A DNA stretch of 64,000 nucleotides from Amoebidium appalachense (Eukaryota; Protista; Ichthyosporea). This document shows, piece by piece, positions 58,369 to 64,000 of the stretch. Location: assembly GCA_963693365.1 (NCBI GenBank), contig CAVNZM010000017.1, forward strand, positions 1,937,276 through 2,001,275, given 5' to 3'. The notes below the pieces were generated by a model that saw only the letters and a list, made by a program, of their open reading frames with translations, was not told the origin of the DNA and did no database searches. The number at the start of each line of letters is the position of its first letter. The first letter of the stretch is position 1. Position numbers and translations under genes: made by a program.

Positions 58369-59056
58369 CCCGGCCCTCTTCCCATTCCCTGCCCCCCCAA
58401 AAAAAATTTTTATGCTTTTCATACTCAGTGACTGCAATCATGGCACCCGTGTTTTCTAGATATATTTCCTTTCATTGTGTTCAACGTCTATGTGTGTGTG
58501 TGTGTGTGTGTGCATGTTTGTGTGTGTGTGAATGTGTGTGTGTGGGCCAAGTGAAGGTTGTATGCGTTTTTTTCTTCTTAGTTGTTTTTGTATTCTATTC
58601 GATTATTACTTTGTGTGTAAATGTGGAAAAAAAACAAATAAAAAAAATTTACAATGACCACCGCCCAGCTCGAATCACCCTAGCTCTAGTGTAAAAAAAT
58701 AATCATTATCAGTCACAAACCCTTCTACTACACTCGCCCCAAATGTCATATTCACATTACTGAGTTGATTTAGTTGTGTTTTTTACTCTATTTTTTTCAA
58801 CAACTGTCTGCTATTAAAACATTAAAATGTACATGTGTTTGTGTGTGTGTGTGTGTGTGTGTGCCACAGGCCGGTGTGTGTGTGTGTGTGTTTGTGTGTG
58901 TGGATATAGAATTTACCGTCCTCATCCCCCTAAACTGGTGTTAGCAGTCCTTTGAGGTTTTTGTGATTGGATTGGTAGTTCTATTACATTAACATTTTCA
59001 AAATGTCGTTGTACCAATGATATAATACGTTGTAAAACAAATGTCGCCGAATTTCT

Positions 59057-59765
59057 CTAAAAAAAGTGCGTTCCATTCTGGGTTAGAAACCAAAACAGTT
59101 TTGATACGGGAATCACCTGATCTCTGCCGTCATTCAGCCCAGCGCGTTCACAGTGAATCCGAAACCGCTGGTTTTTTTCTTTTTATTTCAAAGCCCCGAG
59201 TACGTACATCCTCTCGGGCCCAACTTTACGGCACTATATTTCAATTTTCTCATTATCAAATATATAGTTATTTTAGGCTTTTTCATTAGTATCGCAAGAA
59301 TATTTAGCGATTTTGATGTCATAAAAACAACTAAGCAACGTTTCGATGGTTTTTGATGCCTCACAAAATGGCCTTAGGTCCCCTCCAAATTCCGGATTTG
59401 AGGTCCGGCACTAAAAAAGGTGCGTTCCATTCTGGGTTAGAAACAAAAACCGTTTTGATACGGGAGTCACCTGATCTCTGCCGTCATTCAGCCCAGCGCG
59501 TTCACAGTAGACTCCGAAACCGCTGGTTTTTTTCTTTTTACTTCAAAGCCCCGAGTACGTACATCCTCTCGGGCCCAACTTTAGGGCACTATATTTCAAT
59601 TTTCTCATTATCAAATATATAGTTATTTTAGGCTTTTTCATTAGTATCGCAAGAAAATTTAGCGATTTTGATGTCATAAAAACAACTAAGCAACGTTTCG
59701 ATGGTTTTTGATGCCTCACAAAATGGCCTTTGGTCCCCTCCAAATTCCGGATTTGAGGTCCGGCA
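59057..59765. repeat. Tandem duplication 2 x ~354 bp, highly similar
   Basis: Units start ctaaaaaa(a/g)gtgcgttccattctgggttag at 59057 and 59411; both end ccggatttgaggtccggca. Confidence 0.95.
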
Positions 59766-60407
59766 AACAACGCATTATGGAAAACGCAGTAGGCCGTCGA
59801 ATGTGGCTGGGCCTCTGGCATTGTCCACGCAATAAAAAGTGTGTAAACCCCATATATTGATAATGCAGCCGCCCCCCACATATATTACACATACGAGCAG
59901 GAGACACCAGAAACCGATTACACCGCCAAGCCATAATCATCTTTGCGTTTTTACACCACACCACATTACGAATAAACGAATCTATGTATGAACGGGGTTT
60001 ACGCTGTTTACTCGAGGCAAATGTATGAACGAGACTCTCTAACCGTATCCGCCATATAGGCTACTAGTAGTTGGTGTTTTTGCGGTCCTAACACTGGAAG
60101 GGACTCAACACGTAGAGTAAAAAGATAACTATCAGCCATAGACTTGAAACTATTCATATTCACACTCATGCATATGCATGGCCATGGCCAACTTGGTCCA
60201 TGGTTCAAATGCCCAGGCCTTGTCATAATCACTGTCCGACACAGTATACCTTTTTCAAGAACCTAGCTCCGTGTCGTAACGAACCCCCCAATGCTTTAAA
60301 TCGCAGGGGTGCACGAGCGAGGTATTCAGTAATGTTCGTTCAAGTTGGACCTTTTTTGTTTTCTATAAGGAGCTAGCCAGAGAGGGCAGTGGTACATTTG
60401 GGGAGGT

Positions 60408-60442
<35 letters not shown>

Positions 60443-60453
60443 GGGGGAGGGGG

Positions 60454-60489
<36 letters not shown>

Positions 60490-60735
60490 CACCCTCCCGA
60501 AGTCCCGAAGAAAAAAGATCTCCCTCGGGGGGAGGGGGGGGGGGGGGGGGGGGGGGGAGGAAGGGGGCTTGGGACCCCCGGTACCCCTCCACTGGCTGGG
60601 GAGGGGGAGAATTCGAGGGCCGGGAAACCTGGCGCCTTCACTATTTTCAATTGATCATCTCAGGATTCATTGTACCGTATCTAAATTCTCATGATCAGTG
60701 ACCTGCTTACACTAGCTACTACGCTAGTAGCCACA

Positions 60736-60778
<43 letters not shown>

Positions 60779-61485
60779 AAAAAAAAAAGAAACCGAGTGC
60801 CCACGGGGACCTCTTTTCTCTACGCTCCTTCAAGTTGGGACTGCATACCCGGATATACGTTACTTGTTTCTCACTAACTTGCTGAGCCTCGACTATGTGG
60901 ATAAATCAGTGCACGTGTGGGCAGCCGCTCCCCCCGGCCCCCCCCCCCCCCCCCCCCCCCCCCCCGCCTTCCCCCACTCCCCCTCTTTCCATTCCCCGCC
61001 CCCCCCCCTCCCCTCCCCCCTCCCCCTGCCCTGCCCCCTCCTGCTGCCACGGCTTGTTATTCCCCATAGATAGATAGCCACACGAGTCCGTCGGACTCCC
61101 TCGACCACTTTTCACTGCAACTGTACACGTGCTTTTTTTCAAAGCCTTTGTATTGATCCTGGTGCGTGCAGAGATTACATGTACATACGGGAGAGGTCAG
61201 AGCACACTGGAACCACCACTACGGCACTCTGGATCCCCGGCAACGTCACACACTCTGCGGCGGACACAACCACACACAGTCAGACATGTACACAGGCTCA
61301 CGTACACGCGCACGAATAGTGTACACACACGCTCGCGCGCGCACGCACACACGGAGAATGATCGAGCACATACGCACACACACACCTGCACCACACACAC
61401 ACACACACACTTGTGGTGTACACACATTAAACAGAACCGTAAATCATACATGCACACGCGCACACACTCACACATGCACGCAGGT

Positions 61486-61524
<39 letters not shown>

Positions 61525-61933
61525 CACACACGAACACGCTCACTGACTCCACAGTGTATTAGATATGCTCAAAGAGAGGACCACCAGGTGGCACGTAATA
61601 ATACGCGCGCACGCACAAAGCAATCTTCTCCCTCTTTTTCTTTCTTACTCCCCGTATCCCCCCCAATTCCCCCCTGTCCCTACCTCCCTCTCATTCTACA
61701 TCGATCCCTCCCTTCCCCCCCCCCCCCCCCCCTCCCCCCACCGATCGCGATCTTTCTGGCCCAAACTATGCATGCACGCAGGGCCACGCAGGGCCAAAAG
61801 CAGAAACATATAAATGCACACAGACATGAACACATTAACGTGTCATGGAAGGCACACGCACGCCTGTACTGGCATGGCATTTAAGAAGACTTTCGATTGC
61901 TTGTACACGCACGGTCACACACACCCACACCCA

Positions 61934-61964
<31 letters not shown>

Positions 61965-62488
61965 CCATGTACACACACACACACACACACATGTACACAC
62001 ACACCCACTCACACCTCGCGTATTCTTCCAATTGCCCTTGTACCGCACATTTGGCACGATAACGGTTATTCGTATAGGCCACTCAACACTTAGTATACTA
62101 TAGTGCCTAATGCATGTTGCGCAAACTCATGTACCAGTCACACATACCTAAGAGGTTTACGCTGTTTACTCGAGGCATACCCAATATACATATTAGCGTT
62201 TTGACACATACACACACCAACATGTACATGGGCATGTATATGCATATGACCACTGATGAATTAGTCGAAGACACACACATGCATGCACATGTTGGGATAG
62301 CTCTGCGCCCCAATCAATACTTCGCCTAGTGCATGGGCTGATTTAAACAAAGCGAAAAAGTAACTTGGTGGTGGTGGACCGTGGGAACTAAGGGGTGGGG
62401 AGCTGGAGGGGGGGGGCAGGGGGCGGGGGAGCCTCCGATGTCCCGGCAGTCGATCGGAAGAGAGCCTTCGGACCTCTAGCCCCCCCAG

Positions 62489-62564
<76 letters not shown>

Positions 62565-63718
62565 CCCCCACGTGCACCGCCTCCCCTCCGGATAAAAAGA
62601 AAAGAAACTTGAAAAGAATCCTTAGAGACCTGGGCTGTCAGCATGAGGACTAATTCATCAATTCCGAAATCACAGCTAGACTCATGAGTCCTCACCAGTT
62701 ACTCATATTGTCCAGCCCTGATTATGAAGCACACGTCGTTCAAACAATCACTGCACGCATAGTTCATGCCATGAAGTGTTTTCCCCCCATGAGTGTATAC
62801 GGTATGCATTTGGATGATTCTTACAAGTTATCCGGGCCACTGAACTTGAAATGCCATGATATACACATGTACACGTGTCCGGCCACCAGTTTGGTTGAGT
62901 GCAGTATACACACACTTGCAGGGATGTATGCTCCTTTAGAAATTGGGAAATTTGGGATTTTGAACGAGCGGGAAAGGGGGGGGGCGGGGGGGTACTGAAC
63001 GGTAGACAAATGTACTGTACAACACTTCTTTATTTTGGTAACAATACGCGTTATCACTCAATGGCTATAGGCTTCTCTGATTTCCTATCATATCCCCCCC
63101 TCCCCCCCCCCCCCCCCACAAAACCCTCAACCCCCATGCCCACTCCCCCCCCATCATTAACATCACCGCCACCATCCCCACTTCTTCCTCATTGCTGAAA
63201 CAATATTGAACCGAGAAAATTGCGCTGGCAACGAAAAAACTTGAAAGACAAAAACGACCCTGACACCATCAAAGCAGCCTAGTACAATTGCCAAAAAGCC
63301 AAAAAAAAACGCATCACACCACTCACACAAATAACTTAAAGGGAACACCATCTAGTAAAGTATCTAAAGAGCTTGCTCACCTTTACTGAAGTAAGAAAAA
63401 AACATCACTTGTTAAATCTAACATTATTCATTGTAGGTACATCGATAGCACAGCCTGCTGGTGAGTCACATCGACATCTCAGAAAAGTTGACCACCACAA
63501 CTCTATCGCATATTCCCGCACATACTTTAAACACCCAACATCTCAAACACACACATACAGGCAAAGAAAAAAAAGTAAAACAACCCAAAAAAAAAAAAAA
63601 AAAATCACGAAACGTGCCTATTCGACGACCCACCACGCCTACCACTAGAATACAAAGATACAGCCTTCGACACAATGTGTACACCCGCCAAATATTAAAG
63701 AAAACACCACGTAAGACT

Positions 63719-63816
63719 CTATAGCAGCTTCATAACGCGTTTTGTTGTTGTGGCCATGTGGCCCTGTGTGCGCTCCACCTGTACGTTGAGGTCGTCCAGC
63801 ATGTTGTTCTGCGTGT
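63719..63816 (-). CDS. Last exon of a SNAP-25/SNAP-29-family (Qbc) SNARE; rest of gene beyond the window
   Basis: tttttgcag|AC ACG CAG... translates (D)TQNNMLDDLNVQVERTQGHMATTTKRVMKLL*, aligning with the second SNARE helix of SNAP-25 ([32 protein letters not shown]). It ends without a transmembrane segment and is not in the ORF track in this frame. Confidence 0.75.
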
Positions 63817-63911
63817 CTGCAAAAAAACAAAAAACAAAAAAAACAAAAAAAATAAAAAGAAAAAAAGAAAACAGAAGGAAAAGGGTCAGTTTTTCTATTA
63901 ATTAGATCTAC

Positions 63912-63942
<31 letters not shown>

Positions 63943-63947
63943 TCACC

Positions 63948-63984
<37 letters not shown>

Positions 63985-64000
63985 AAAAAAAGAAAAATGG

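Larger units (their letters stand above)
56248..59852. mobile_element. Possible non-autonomous TIR element (~3.6 kb) defined by 75-bp inverted repeats
   Basis: 56248-56322 is the reverse complement of 59778-59852 with 2 mismatches (tggggtttacacactttttattgcgtggaca...ctgcgttttcca). No clear target-site duplication and no transposase seen. Confidence 0.5.

Noticed and set aside
59996-62177. 24-bp exact dispersed match ggtttacgctgtttactcgaggca (59996-60019 and 62154-62177)
   Set aside because: Probably a fragment of a decayed repeat, but I could not extend it or define boundaries.
62632-62718. Possible hairpin gggctg...tgaggact...agtcctca...cagccc
   Set aside because: Single copy, short stems, no covariation evidence.

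Overview
Eukaryotic genomic DNA from an intron-rich organism that cannot be identified from sequence alone (probably a non-plant protist). The introns are packed with poly-C/G, (CA)n and (CT)n tracts, so almost all ORF-track entries are artefacts. Reading splice sites by hand gives five coding units. (1) The 3' part (48 exons, <1-34348, +) of a giant fibrillin-like gene: about 65 EGF/cbEGF domains arranged partly as a 15-domain super-repeat, ending in a beta-rich domain and a bacterial-type choice-of-anchor-A (ice-binding-like adhesin) domain with no membrane anchor. (2) A minus-strand Crinkler-like gene: coiled coil, PD-(D/E)xK nuclease, then protein kinase. (3) A complete 7-exon, 196-aa Ras-family GTPase (minus). 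(4) Inside Ras intron 3, a co-oriented Penelope-like (Naiad/Chlamys-type) reverse transcriptase with an intact ORF, no visible endonuclease and poly-C at both junctions; it is followed by about 2 kb containing hairpin-rich modules, one of which recurs with pair-preserving changes 8.5 kb away. (5) The last exon of a SNAP-25-family SNARE at the window end. Also present are a TA-flanked MITE, a pair of 75-bp inverted repeats about 3.5 kb apart, and several tandem duplications. Family assignments come from motif recognition, not database searches.
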